A stretch of 64,000 nt of DNA from positions 288,001 to 352,000 of the forward strand of contig JBLWTJ010000001.1 in the NCBI GenBank assembly GCA_048270185.1, given 5' to 3'. A program made the position numbers and the translations under genes. Origin of the DNA: Bacteriovoracaceae bacterium (lineage in GTDB: Bacteria > Bdellovibrionota > Bacteriovoracia > Bacteriovoracales > Bacteriovoracaceae). Positions 10,196 to 19,856 of this stretch are shown here, piece after piece (within the stretch, counting starts at the first letter, position 1; each line of letters begins with the position of its first letter). Below the pieces are notes generated by a model. That model was not told the origin of the DNA, ran no database searches, and was given only the letters and a program-made list of their open reading frames with translations.

Positions 10196-11764
10196 TTATA
10201 ATGTTTTTTCTAATTCTTTAACTGTTCCTCTTCTCGCTGTTCCAAATTCTGGCCTGTCTGCCATTTTCTTTAAGGCATTCTTTTTAATCCCTTTCATGTA
10301 GATGACAAGACTTAATTGGTTTTCACGTTTAGGATCATTAACTTGATTGATATATGTTTGAACCAGATCAAATCCATACATGGCCGGCTTACCCATAACC
10401 ATATTAACATCCCATTCAATACCTTTCTTATTTTCAAATGGGTTTGCTTCATAAGCATATTGAATGAGCTCTGTGCACACAAAGCGCGAGTATGAATTTC
10501 CATCAAATGAATAATCATACTTTTTTCCAAGGCTTGCAAATGCTCTCTCAAGGGCCAGCGCTTTATCTTTAACTGAAAGATTTGGTCTAATAATCACTAG
10601 ATTGTCCCATGCCATTGATGGGCCTAGCTCCATAAAGACAACCCCTGGCTTTAGACCTTCGATTGTGACAAAAGGGCGTCCTTTTTCTTCACTTTCGCGG
10701 TAGTCTTCCATATAGTCTGAAAATTGTGTGTTCATATAGCTCATAAAATCATAACACTCAAGATTTAGATCCATACATTTTTGTGCATAGACTTGAGTTG
10801 TCTCTAGATCGTTTGAAAAGTATTCTTTAAATTTAGAATGCTTTCCAATGTAGAGAAGACCGTGGGTCCAATTCCCTTTAAAAACGAGATTTGATAATTT
10901 TCCGTAGCGCTGAATGGCACCAATATCACCTGGTAGAAATTCGGCCTCAGATACTCTCTTTAGCTCTTTTTCTTGTATTCTGTGCTTCATTGGAAGTGCT
11001 ACATAGCTAAATGATTTTAAGATAAATTCTTTAATATTATAAAAGATATTGTAACTTCCAGCGTTCCAGTCAGTATGTTTCTTTAGGTACTTGAATGTAC
11101 TAAGCTCTTCGAGTGACTCTTCAACTGCATTTTCAATCATCTCAAGCTCAGCGTCTTGTTTATTGTACTTTGCATATCTTCTAACTTCATGATCAAGAAG
11201 GCTAAAGTCTTTAATTGTAGGATTTGCAATAATGCTCAAGTGGTAACGGTTAACAGAAGGGGAGCTTGATCTTCCATTTGCCTGTCCGTGTGGACGATTA
11301 GAATCATAGGATTGATAATTTGTTTTTTTAAATAATTTTTCAAATTCTTTTGAGTCGTAACCAATATCTTCAAAATCATCAGAGAAGACGGAGATGAAAT
11401 TCTCTCCACTCATCATCAAATAATTCATCAACTGAAGTGATGTATTATATTTAGCTACTTGCATTCCCATTAACTCAACGGCGCGATCGTATTTCTTCTT
11501 TCGAATATTCTTTCTTATCTTTTTTATTTCTTCGTCATTCTTATGGAGAAGTTCTTGAAGGTTTTTAAAACTATTAAGGAGGTTGATACGCTCGTAGTGC
11601 TTGACGATATAGCGCGGAGAGTAGGTAGTTTTACTGGCAATTTCCTTAGAGCTTTCAACAAAACTCATCAGTTCACGATCAAGATCTTTTTGGTATTTCA
11701 GAGCATCAAGCTCAGCTGAAAAAACCGACATTGTAAGTAGAGATAGGCATAATAAACGTTTCAT
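10196..11764 (-). CDS. Secreted permuted NlpC/P60 (YiiX/YaeF-like) cysteine hydrolase with long N-terminal extension
   Basis: LPGDI, WTHGLLYIG (His) and GKKYDYSF...FVCTELI (Cys) in circularly permuted order. Signal peptide present. Confidence 0.75.
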   Translation of the reverse strand: MKRLLCLSLLTMSVFSAELDALKYQKDLDRELMSFVESSKEIASKTTYSPRYIVKHYERINLLNSFKNLQELLHKNDEEIKKIRKNIRKKKYDRAVELMGMQVAKYNTSLQLMNYLMMSGENFISVFSDDFEDIGYDSKEFEKLFKKTNYQSYDSNRPHGQANGRSSSPSVNRYHLSIIANPTIKDFSLLDHEVRRYAKYNKQDAELEMIENAVEESLEELSTFKYLKKHTDWNAGSYNIFYNIKEFILKSFSYVALPMKHRIQEKELKRVSEAEFLPGDIGAIQRYGKLSNLVFKGNWTHGLLYIGKHSKFKEYFSNDLETTQVYAQKCMDLNLECYDFMSYMNTQFSDYMEDYRESEEKGRPFVTIEGLKPGVVFMELGPSMAWDNLVIIRPNLSVKDKALALERAFASLGKKYDYSFDGNSYSRFVCTELIQYAYEANPFENKKGIEWDVNMVMGKPAMYGFDLVQTYINQVNDPKRENQLSLVIYMKGIKKNALKKMADRPEFGTARRGTVKELEKTL

Positions 11765-11778
11765 AATGCCAATATAAC

Positions 11779-11806
11779 AAAAAAAGGGCCCTATTTTGGG
11801 CCCTTT
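11779..11806 (-). terminator. Intrinsic terminator after the acylase gene
   Basis: GGGCCC-N6-GGGCCC stem followed by a T7 tract on the minus strand. Confidence 0.75.
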
Positions 11807-11833
11807 GGTAAAGCTTACATAGATAGAAAGTTT

Positions 11834-14005
11834 TTAGTCATTAAGGATTGTATTATGGCGATATTTCCCCGAAATCCAATTACTTAGATCACTCTTGTAG
11901 CCCTTAGAAAAGCGCCTATCACTAAGTCCTCCTGGAAGTACTGTGTAGACATCATGCTTAGTATGGTCTGTTACCATTTTCCATGACGGTACAAATGAAG
12001 TAGTGCGCCCATGTGCCTCATAAACGGCCCCTTGGCTAATTGTCGATCGATTTCCTGGTATCTCCACATTATCAACATCAAAGCCTAGCCAACTTGGTAG
12101 CATCCCATCAAAAAGGATATGCTTCATTTTATAGCGGTTAGTATCTCCCCAGCGACTAGTATTTGTATCACATCCATCAAGTGCCGCTAGAATATACTTC
12201 TCCTTGTCGGCATGATCTTTAAACCAAATATGGTCAATATCGTTTGTTAGAAAAATTCGATCAAAGAGACCGTAGAAGTCTGCAATGATTGATGTCTCAT
12301 CCATGCAGTAATTAGTTACACTCTCACCAAGTAGGTGATTACTGAAGAAGGACTTTAGAAGTGTTTTGTAAAAAGATTCAAATAGAGATGCAGTTTTATT
12401 ATCCACATCATAACTACGATTCCAAGCAAGAAGTTCTTTTCCAACTGGATGAGTTTCGAATACTTTATGAAAGACATTTATGTAAAGGTCGGCCTGCCTT
12501 GAGATAGTATCACCTTGCATCTCCTTGAATAATTCCATCGAATGATCTTTGTTCTCCATTAAGAGCTCTGTGATTCGATCCTTTCGGTAAGAGGCCATCG
12601 GCGCATTGATGGCCGTAGGGAATTGCTCATCTTGAATACGATTATTTGCTGTTGCGATAATTTTTTCTGGCGGATTCATAAAGTGATAAAGCTGGGCCCC
12701 GTCATAATAGCCTTGCCAGATATTCTGCTTGAAATAACCTTCAACAGGGTAGAGGCCAGAGAAAGCTCTCTTAGGTAATATTCCAGATTGGTGATAGCCA
12801 ATATTTCCTTTGGAATCAGATATAAGCCAATTACAGCTAATGGCAACTTGAGAGACACAAGCAAAAACTTCAGAGACATCTCGTGCCTTTAGTAAATCTG
12901 TAATTGCCTTGAGTGTCTTTGCCCCACCTCTTTGGCGACAAGACCAGGCCATTGATAGATAATGTCCGTCTGGAACTTCCTCAAGTTCACTATCTACTTC
13001 TAAAAAGCCTGCATGAGTTTCACGAAGAAAGAGTGTTACATCATCTTTCTTCTTTCTTTTAATAATGTCTCGGCGTGTTTTAAATTCAAAGAGATTTGAT
13101 TCAAAACGATACTTATTACCACGGACTTCTTCTATAAAGTGATCAACCATATCCATGAATCCATAGGTAAACGAGAATGCAGTATCATCTCCTCTTCCCA
13201 TTACAAATCCAGGAACTCCTGGCATCGTAATCCCAAAGAAGTTACCAAGGGTCGAAATATTGGCCTTCATTTCATACCAAATGGCCGGGAGTCGATTACA
13301 TTCAAGATGTGGATCACAAGCGTGAATGGCATGGCCTTTTATATTTGAAACCCAATTATTTGAAGCCTGAATTTTTGGTATGTATTTCAAGAATTTATAT
13401 GATTCTGGAATAAGGGGATTATAGACTTTTACTTTCTTTACAAGGTGTAACTCGCTATCTGAAATTGTATCAAGGGCACCTTTGGCAAGAGATATAACCT
13501 TTTCAACCTGATCACTTGCTTCATCTGCATTTTGTAGCAGTTGAATGATGAGCTTTTCAAGATCTTGCTGCCCTTGGGCCAGGCCTAGGAAGCTCATGGC
13601 CTTAATTGTAAGAATTGTATCATTTATTTGCCAGGGAGCAGGAGTATGTCCTAAAAGCTTGAACTCAAAGGGTGTTCCCTCTGAAATGGCCTTATTTATC
13701 CCTTCAATATAGATTTCGAGCAATTCCTTTGTTTCTTCGTCTAATTCAGCAACTTCAAGACGTGCAAAATAGTCAATTCCAAGCTCGCGCATATACTTAT
13801 CAATAGCAAATGTTTCGTCACTATCCTTAATACACTCACATAATCGTCCTTGGGCGATGAGTCTAAGCATTTCCATCTGCATAAATCGATCTTTAGCGTG
13901 ATAGTATCCTTGGGCGTGTAGAAAATTTTTGACGTCTTGGCATGAAATCTGTCGAGTGACATTATCCAATACCGATGTATTGTAGCTTAAATTAGGTTTT
14001 TCCAT
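11834..14005 (-). CDS. Penicillin acylase family (Ntn hydrolase, S45)
   Basis: AQGYYHAKDRFMQME, ASNNW (N-terminal nucleophile Ser), DPHL, WYE and ATANN motifs. Confidence 0.9.
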   Translation of the reverse strand: MEKPNLSYNTSVLDNVTRQISCQDVKNFLHAQGYYHAKDRFMQMEMLRLIAQGRLCECIKDSDETFAIDKYMRELGIDYFARLEVAELDEETKELLEIYIEGINKAISEGTPFEFKLLGHTPAPWQINDTILTIKAMSFLGLAQGQQDLEKLIIQLLQNADEASDQVEKVISLAKGALDTISDSELHLVKKVKVYNPLIPESYKFLKYIPKIQASNNWVSNIKGHAIHACDPHLECNRLPAIWYEMKANISTLGNFFGITMPGVPGFVMGRGDDTAFSFTYGFMDMVDHFIEEVRGNKYRFESNLFEFKTRRDIIKRKKKDDVTLFLRETHAGFLEVDSELEEVPDGHYLSMAWSCRQRGGAKTLKAITDLLKARDVSEVFACVSQVAISCNWLISDSKGNIGYHQSGILPKRAFSGLYPVEGYFKQNIWQGYYDGAQLYHFMNPPEKIIATANNRIQDEQFPTAINAPMASYRKDRITELLMENKDHSMELFKEMQGDTISRQADLYINVFHKVFETHPVGKELLAWNRSYDVDNKTASLFESFYKTLLKSFFSNHLLGESVTNYCMDETSIIADFYGLFDRIFLTNDIDHIWFKDHADKEKYILAALDGCDTNTSRWGDTNRYKMKHILFDGMLPSWLGFDVDNVEIPGNRSTISQGAVYEAHGRTTSFVPSWKMVTDHTKHDVYTVLPGGLSDRRFSKGYKSDLSNWISGKYRHNTILND

Positions 14006-14091
14006 ATTATTATAATGACACGATTAGCGTTTCCTAAAAAGGGATTTTTTGCGATATAATATCTTACAATTTAAATTCAAGGATAATAAAA

Positions 14092-15423
14092 ATGACAAGT
14101 ATTGATCACTCTATCATACCTGATTTAGAGCACCGTAATTTTAGAAATGATGATTTTTGGCAGCAGATTCCTGCATGGTCAAATGTGACAAGAGGTGAGT
14201 TCTCAAACCACCTTTGGCAATTAAAGAATTCAATTCGTAAAATCAAACAAGTTAAAGAAGTACTAGGAGATCGTATCTCTAAAGAGTTCTATGAAGATCT
14301 TGAAAAAGGACAACATATTACTCCGATGAATATTCGTATTACTCCTTATGTTTTTGCTCTAATCGACTGGGATGATCCTGTAAATTGTCCACTAAGAAAG
14401 CAGTTTTTACCAATTGGTTCTCAGTTCCTAGAAGATCACCCTATGCACATGGCCGACTCTCTAAGTGAAGATGTTGATTCACCAGTGCCAATGTTAACTC
14501 ACCGCTATCCTGATAAAGTTCTCTTTTTACCACTAACAATTTGTCCTGTTTATTGTGCTTATTGTACACGCTCTCGTGTCATTGGTGGTTCAACTGAATC
14601 AGTAGAAAAAGAATCATACGGAGCAAACCAGAAACACTGGGATAATGTATTTGCTTATCTAGCAGCTCATCCAAAAGTTGAAGATGTTGTTATTTCAGGT
14701 GGTGACGCGTTTATGTTAAATGCGAAGCAGATTCAATACATCGGTGAAAATCTTTTAAAGATCCCTCACATCAGAAGAATTCGTTATGCAACTAAGGGGA
14801 TTGCAATCTTTCCTCAAAAAATTCTAACTGATGATGCGTGGATGGAGGCCCTTGTTAAAGTCAATAACCTTGCAAAAGGCTTTGGAAAGCAAATGGTTAT
14901 CCATACGCACTTTTCTTCTCCAGTTGAAATCACTAAATGGTCGCAAATGGCCATGGATAGACTCTTCAGTGAAGGTATACTTGTCCGCAATCAGGCCGTT
15001 CTACAAGAGGGCGTAAATAATCATGTTGATACAATGGTGCTATTAACTCGTAAGCTTGGTTATATGAATATCCAACCATACTACGTTTATATGCACGATA
15101 TGGTCCCTGGTTGTGAGCACTTTAGAACTACTCTTGGCGAAGGTGAAGAACTTGAAAAAGCAGTACGTGGAACAACGGCCGGATTCAATACTCCTACATT
15201 CGTTTGTGACCTTCCTGGCGGAGGTGGAAAACGCCACGTTGCCTCTTATGAATACTACGATCAAGAAAATGGGATCTCTGTTTGGCGTGCACCATATGTT
15301 AAACCAGACAAGTTATTCACATATTTTGATCCAATTCATAAATTGGCCCCTGATGCACAAGACAGGTGGAAGGATGCGGCCACACGCAAGGCCATGATCG
15401 ATGAAGCCATTTCAAAAGCATAA
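14092..15423 (+). CDS. kamA: KamA-family radical SAM/PLP aminomutase (lysine 2,3-aminomutase-like)
   Basis: LTHRYPDKVL, CPVYCAYCTR, SGGD, NQAVL.GVN, QPYY and PGGGGK (PLP Lys). Confidence 0.88.
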   Translation: MTSIDHSIIPDLEHRNFRNDDFWQQIPAWSNVTRGEFSNHLWQLKNSIRKIKQVKEVLGDRISKEFYEDLEKGQHITPMNIRITPYVFALIDWDDPVNCPLRKQFLPIGSQFLEDHPMHMADSLSEDVDSPVPMLTHRYPDKVLFLPLTICPVYCAYCTRSRVIGGSTESVEKESYGANQKHWDNVFAYLAAHPKVEDVVISGGDAFMLNAKQIQYIGENLLKIPHIRRIRYATKGIAIFPQKILTDDAWMEALVKVNNLAKGFGKQMVIHTHFSSPVEITKWSQMAMDRLFSEGILVRNQAVLQEGVNNHVDTMVLLTRKLGYMNIQPYYVYMHDMVPGCEHFRTTLGEGEELEKAVRGTTAGFNTPTFVCDLPGGGGKRHVASYEYYDQENGISVWRAPYVKPDKLFTYFDPIHKLAPDAQDRWKDAATRKAMIDEAISKA

Positions 15424-15437
15424 CTAACTGAATTTAC

Positions 15438-15471
15438 GCTTATGTGTGTCCTAAGATTGGCACACATAAGC
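15438..15471 (+). terminator. Stem-loop after kamA (probable terminator)
   Basis: GCTTATGTGTG...CACACATAAGC 11-bp inverted repeat 15 bp after the stop codon. U-tract is weak. Confidence 0.55.
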
Positions 15472-15586
15472 TATTAAAATCACAAAACACGATACAGATT
15501 TCAAATACTTAATTTCTACTTGAGTAAAATTCTCTTTATTCCGATAAAATATATATAATTTTAAGTTAATAAAAACAGAGGGATTT

Positions 15587-18500
15587 ATGCTCAGCCTAGT
15601 ACGTAAACTCATATTGCTAATGACCCTGACTTCTTTGCATGTCTTTGCGCAAGATTCAGATATCAGTAAGCTCATAAAAGAAGAGACGACAAAGCTTACG
15701 CAGATTATCTCGGCGTCAACGAAACTCGATGAAAAGGCGATTAAGAAATATATCAGCGAGAATTACGAGGGAACTAGTTCTGAGTACCAAGATCTTGTCA
15801 TCAGGGAATTAAAGAAAGTATCATCTGGGCGTCGTGCTGAAACTCTTGCAAAAATTCTCTTAACAGAAAGAAAATTTATAAAAGCAGGTGAGGCATGTTA
15901 TTCAGTTACAAATCAATGTCTTGGACAAATGGTCTGTGATTTTCCTCTTGCAAGTAATCCTGCTAGTGCATTTGAAAAATGTCTTACTCCAAAAGAGGAG
16001 AACCAAGCTTGTTCCCCTGAAGTTGATATTTGTTTAAGTGGAAGTTGTAAGAAGATCACACGCCTGACAGATATTAACACTTGTACGACTGAGAAGAATT
16101 CTTGTAAGAGAGATTCTGAATGTTGTTCAAACTCATGTGATAAAAAAACAAAAACATGTAATGCACAATTTACTTGTTCAAAATGCTTCAGCGTTGGACA
16201 GAAGCCAGGAAAAAAAGGAGAGTGTTGTGAGTCTCTCTTTAAGAACTCTCGAGGTGTATGTTCGCCAATTCTTCCGGCCTTCTCAAATATTTTTCAAATG
16301 CTTAATTGGATTATTCCTGAAGCAAATGCAGCAGAAAATAGCGCTGAACTAAAAGGGCAGGTTGAAGCAACTAAAACTAAGCTTCAGGCCTTATTAGAGT
16401 CAAATAATGTTAATTCATCAAAATCTCAAACTTATATAAACAGTATTTCAAGCTCAATTGAAACTTGTAATTCAAAACCTATTTCAACAAATTATGATCA
16501 TGGACAAAGAGATTATCCAAGAAAAGATTGTTTCGAGGCATTACAAGTAAGAATTGGTGCTGAATATAATCACCAAATCGCTGTTCAAGCAAAAGTTAAT
16601 GAAGCGACAAAATTACTTGATGATTATGAACCTATTGCTAGAGGAAATCCAAAACACCCTCAGCACACACAAGAAGCCTATGATCAATTTGAAGCGCCTT
16701 TTAAGCAGGCGATGACTAATTGTATAAACCGTCACTCAAGTCTAGGTACAAATCAAGATAGCCGATTAAGTGAAATTAATAAGTGTGTTGATGCAACTAA
16801 AGATAATATTAATGATGCTATAATTGAAGCAGACTACCTTCTAACTCTTAACGGAGGAGAGTCAACTGCTCCTGATTATAATCTTTTTAACGGTGCTCAA
16901 GCAGCTTCTCCTCTATTCAAAGATGTACAGATCTCTGATATGAGGGCCTGTCGTGTAAATCTGTTTGGAGATTATCTTGCAGCTCAGCCAAATTCATATT
17001 TTGAAATTATGATGATGATGTTTGCCATGGATTATACAACTGGTGGTAAAGATGAAGGTGACTACTTTCATATCAAGTCACAATATAATACAGAGAAACG
17101 TGCCTCTGGTAATATGACAGGAACTTCAAATCAAACTTACAATTGGAATGTTCAAACTAATGCAATGAGAGGATATGATTTAGAAAGATTTGATCCAGGA
17201 GTCGTTGGTAAGGGACGTGCCCTATGGGATGAATTTGATTATTCAGTTGGTGAAGGTGCATTAAATGAAATTACAAATTATCTAGCAAACCTGCCTGAGG
17301 AAGAAAGAAAAATATTTCTCCACCTTTACTATAATGGAAAAGTAGATGGTGCGACAAATGATAGAATTATTAATTACTATATGAAGCAAGATGATAGTTA
17401 TATAAGTAATTTTTCAGGCAATAACCCAAAGGCCGGAGCTGGACGATATAATATTCGCGATGTTGTTCGTTTTGAAGCGATTAAATATAAACATTCAATG
17501 TATAAGCTCTATTCAATACTAAAGAAGCGCAGTTTAGAAATGATGTGTCGTTGTGTTGATACAGTTGGCCCAATGGAGAAAGAAGGTTGGCTTGAGTCTG
17601 ATGTTGAAGCAAATTATCTCGCAAATTGTAATGGCCTTGGGAAGTACGATACTTTCGTCGTTGATAACGATAAGGAAGTATGTGATGAAAATGGCGCAAA
17701 TTGTAAGAAAGTAAGTGATAAAGACTATATCGATACAATAAAGCAAAAGCAGGCCGATGGGTTAGAAGAAGTAGGCGGGACAAGTGCAATTTCTGAAAAC
17801 TCTGTCGGAAAGAAAATTGTCAATAATGGTGATTATAATATTGTCGATCGCCAGAATGATTACTTTGTTAATACACTAGATCGCGTTACCTCATGTATAG
17901 GAAGTGGCGAGTGCTCTAAAACGTCTCGCTATAGCGAGTTTGTAAAACAAAATAAAGTATCTTTTACAGAAATTCGTAAAGAAACTGCTAAGGGTGATGG
18001 ACTTGATTTCTCACTTTTTCTTCGTGATATGACATTGATGAAAATAAAGGCAATCGAAGATGCTACACTTCAAAATATCAATCACGGAACAGCTCTATTT
18101 GAATACACTGTTCAATGGCTAAAAGAATATAATTTTACCTATTTAAAATATGAAGGTGAAAGATATACGAAATCTAAAAAGTGTCTCTATCCAGTATGTT
18201 TTATCTTAGAGAAATTAAAATTCCTAGGAAGCTTTATTAATAAACTTCTTGCTGCATCTGTTAATTTAAGCTCTCTTGGTTTCGTGATCGGTGGAGATTT
18301 TAATATTGATCTCGATCCACCTCGTGGACCTGAAAATATTTGTGGACCACGAACAAAGAGTAGGTGGAAGAAACTTGGTGTGACCATTGGGAAGAAGTAT
18401 AAGATTAAATGTATGAAATTTCATGCTCGTGCCAATGATGTTTGTAATAAGGTCTTTGCATCAGGATCTTGTACAAGAAACTCTTATGTTAAAAGGGAAG

Positions 18501-19813
18501 GAGGAGCAGCAATTCGTTTGATTGATCCATTTCTCCCTGATATGAGCTCTTTTTATAATACGTCATATTCATCAAAAACTAAGATTCCGTATAACTCTAC
18601 TGCAGATAGTGTACATAATTATCATGAATTAACAGATGATATTGCAAACTTCTATCGCTCACATGCTGCTGGTTACTTTATGTCGAGTTTAGTATCTGTG
18701 GATAATGGAAGTGATACTGAGAATGCAGACCGCGAACGTATGGCAAAGGACTTTGGTCAATATGCTTACCGTTTCCATTTCTTTGCACCAAAAGTGAGTA
18801 AACTTGATTACTATATTACTCCAGGTCTTATTCCATACTTTGAATTATTAATTTCAAAACTTAATAATTATATGGGGCAAAGCCTTGCGAACCTTTCAGC
18901 TTCTGCTGCCTATGCTCTGCAAATGCATAATTACTATTATAATGTAAATGAAGGCTTAAATGCTTCAACACAGATAGAGCGAAAAGAGACTCACCAAGGT
19001 ATTCCAAGTATTGTTCTAACAAATGATTTTGGTAAGTTTACAAATTGGCTCTCAGGCTTTAGTACTGCCGGAAATGGCTTTAATTCGTTACTAAGTGACG
19101 ATGGTTCAGCTAACTCGACTTTAAAGGGTAAGATTCGTGATGGTGTTGGCTCTGGGACAAATGCTATTTCACAGGTTTCAAAAGGTGTCTCAAAGCAGAT
19201 TGAACGAAATGAGCGTCGAATCGCCGATCGTAAACTTATGGCAGAAACCCTTGCTAAAAGAGGGAAAAGTGGTGACATGGATAGGCTACAAAAACTTGCT
19301 GATAAGAGAAGCAGTGAACATTCAAGTGTCCTATCTTCTCTGACTGATTCATTCATAAACTCGACTTTTGGTAAAGATAGTTCGGCAGCAAGAAGACGTG
19401 CCAGAAATGCTCAAGAAGATGAAGCGACTAAAGATAAGCTTGCTGGTCAACAAGAAGGACTTACACAAGAAGCAATCAATCCGGATGCTAATAAGTCATC
19501 TAGTAGTGCAGCTGCTAAGTCATCTTCACGAAATGGAGAAAAATCAAAAGAAGAAATTTCCGTTCTAACTTTTGATAATTTAGACGAAGCACAAGGCCTC
19601 TTTGATATGGATAATGAACAACTTGTTATGCTCGGTGATAAGAAGATGACTGCTGGCCAACTGAAAAATTATATTGCTGGCCTAAAGGATTCAGATAAGA
19701 AGCAAAATGATATTAGAAAGCAAGATGATCAATGGGAGAGGGATGGTGTTTCACTATTTCAGCTTATTTCAAAGCGCTATAAAATATCAGCATTTCCAAA
19801 AGTATTAAAATAA
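15587..19813 (+). CDS. Giant secreted Cys-rich hypothetical protein (1408 aa)
   Basis: Long ORF with RBS and signal peptide, Cys-dense N-terminal region (CC..CS..C knottin-like spacing), low-complexity charged C-terminal region, ends SLFQLISKRY... Confidence 0.85.
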   Translation: MLSLVRKLILLMTLTSLHVFAQDSDISKLIKEETTKLTQIISASTKLDEKAIKKYISENYEGTSSEYQDLVIRELKKVSSGRRAETLAKILLTERKFIKAGEACYSVTNQCLGQMVCDFPLASNPASAFEKCLTPKEENQACSPEVDICLSGSCKKITRLTDINTCTTEKNSCKRDSECCSNSCDKKTKTCNAQFTCSKCFSVGQKPGKKGECCESLFKNSRGVCSPILPAFSNIFQMLNWIIPEANAAENSAELKGQVEATKTKLQALLESNNVNSSKSQTYINSISSSIETCNSKPISTNYDHGQRDYPRKDCFEALQVRIGAEYNHQIAVQAKVNEATKLLDDYEPIARGNPKHPQHTQEAYDQFEAPFKQAMTNCINRHSSLGTNQDSRLSEINKCVDATKDNINDAIIEADYLLTLNGGESTAPDYNLFNGAQAASPLFKDVQISDMRACRVNLFGDYLAAQPNSYFEIMMMMFAMDYTTGGKDEGDYFHIKSQYNTEKRASGNMTGTSNQTYNWNVQTNAMRGYDLERFDPGVVGKGRALWDEFDYSVGEGALNEITNYLANLPEEERKIFLHLYYNGKVDGATNDRIINYYMKQDDSYISNFSGNNPKAGAGRYNIRDVVRFEAIKYKHSMYKLYSILKKRSLEMMCRCVDTVGPMEKEGWLESDVEANYLANCNGLGKYDTFVVDNDKEVCDENGANCKKVSDKDYIDTIKQKQADGLEEVGGTSAISENSVGKKIVNNGDYNIVDRQNDYFVNTLDRVTSCIGSGECSKTSRYSEFVKQNKVSFTEIRKETAKGDGLDFSLFLRDMTLMKIKAIEDATLQNINHGTALFEYTVQWLKEYNFTYLKYEGERYTKSKKCLYPVCFILEKLKFLGSFINKLLAASVNLSSLGFVIGGDFNIDLDPPRGPENICGPRTKSRWKKLGVTIGKKYKIKCMKFHARANDVCNKVFASGSCTRNSYVKREGGAAIRLIDPFLPDMSSFYNTSYSSKTKIPYNSTADSVHNYHELTDDIANFYRSHAAGYFMSSLVSVDNGSDTENADRERMAKDFGQYAYRFHFFAPKVSKLDYYITPGLIPYFELLISKLNNYMGQSLANLSASAAYALQMHNYYYNVNEGLNASTQIERKETHQGIPSIVLTNDFGKFTNWLSGFSTAGNGFNSLLSDDGSANSTLKGKIRDGVGSGTNAISQVSKGVSKQIERNERRIADRKLMAETLAKRGKSGDMDRLQKLADKRSSEHSSVLSSLTDSFINSTFGKDSSAARRRARNAQEDEATKDKLAGQQEGLTQEAINPDANKSSSSAAAKSSSRNGEKSKEEISVLTFDNLDEAQGLFDMDNEQLVMLGDKKMTAGQLKNYIAGLKDSDKKQNDIRKQDDQWERDGVSLFQLISKRYKISAFPKVLK

Positions 19814-19847
19814 AAAAAAAGGCCGGATTATTTAATGTCCGGCCTTT
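19812..19847. terminator. Bidirectional intrinsic terminator
   Basis: A9-GGCCGGA...TCCGGCC-TTT between convergent genes. Confidence 0.8.
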
Positions 19848-19856
19848 ATATTTTAT

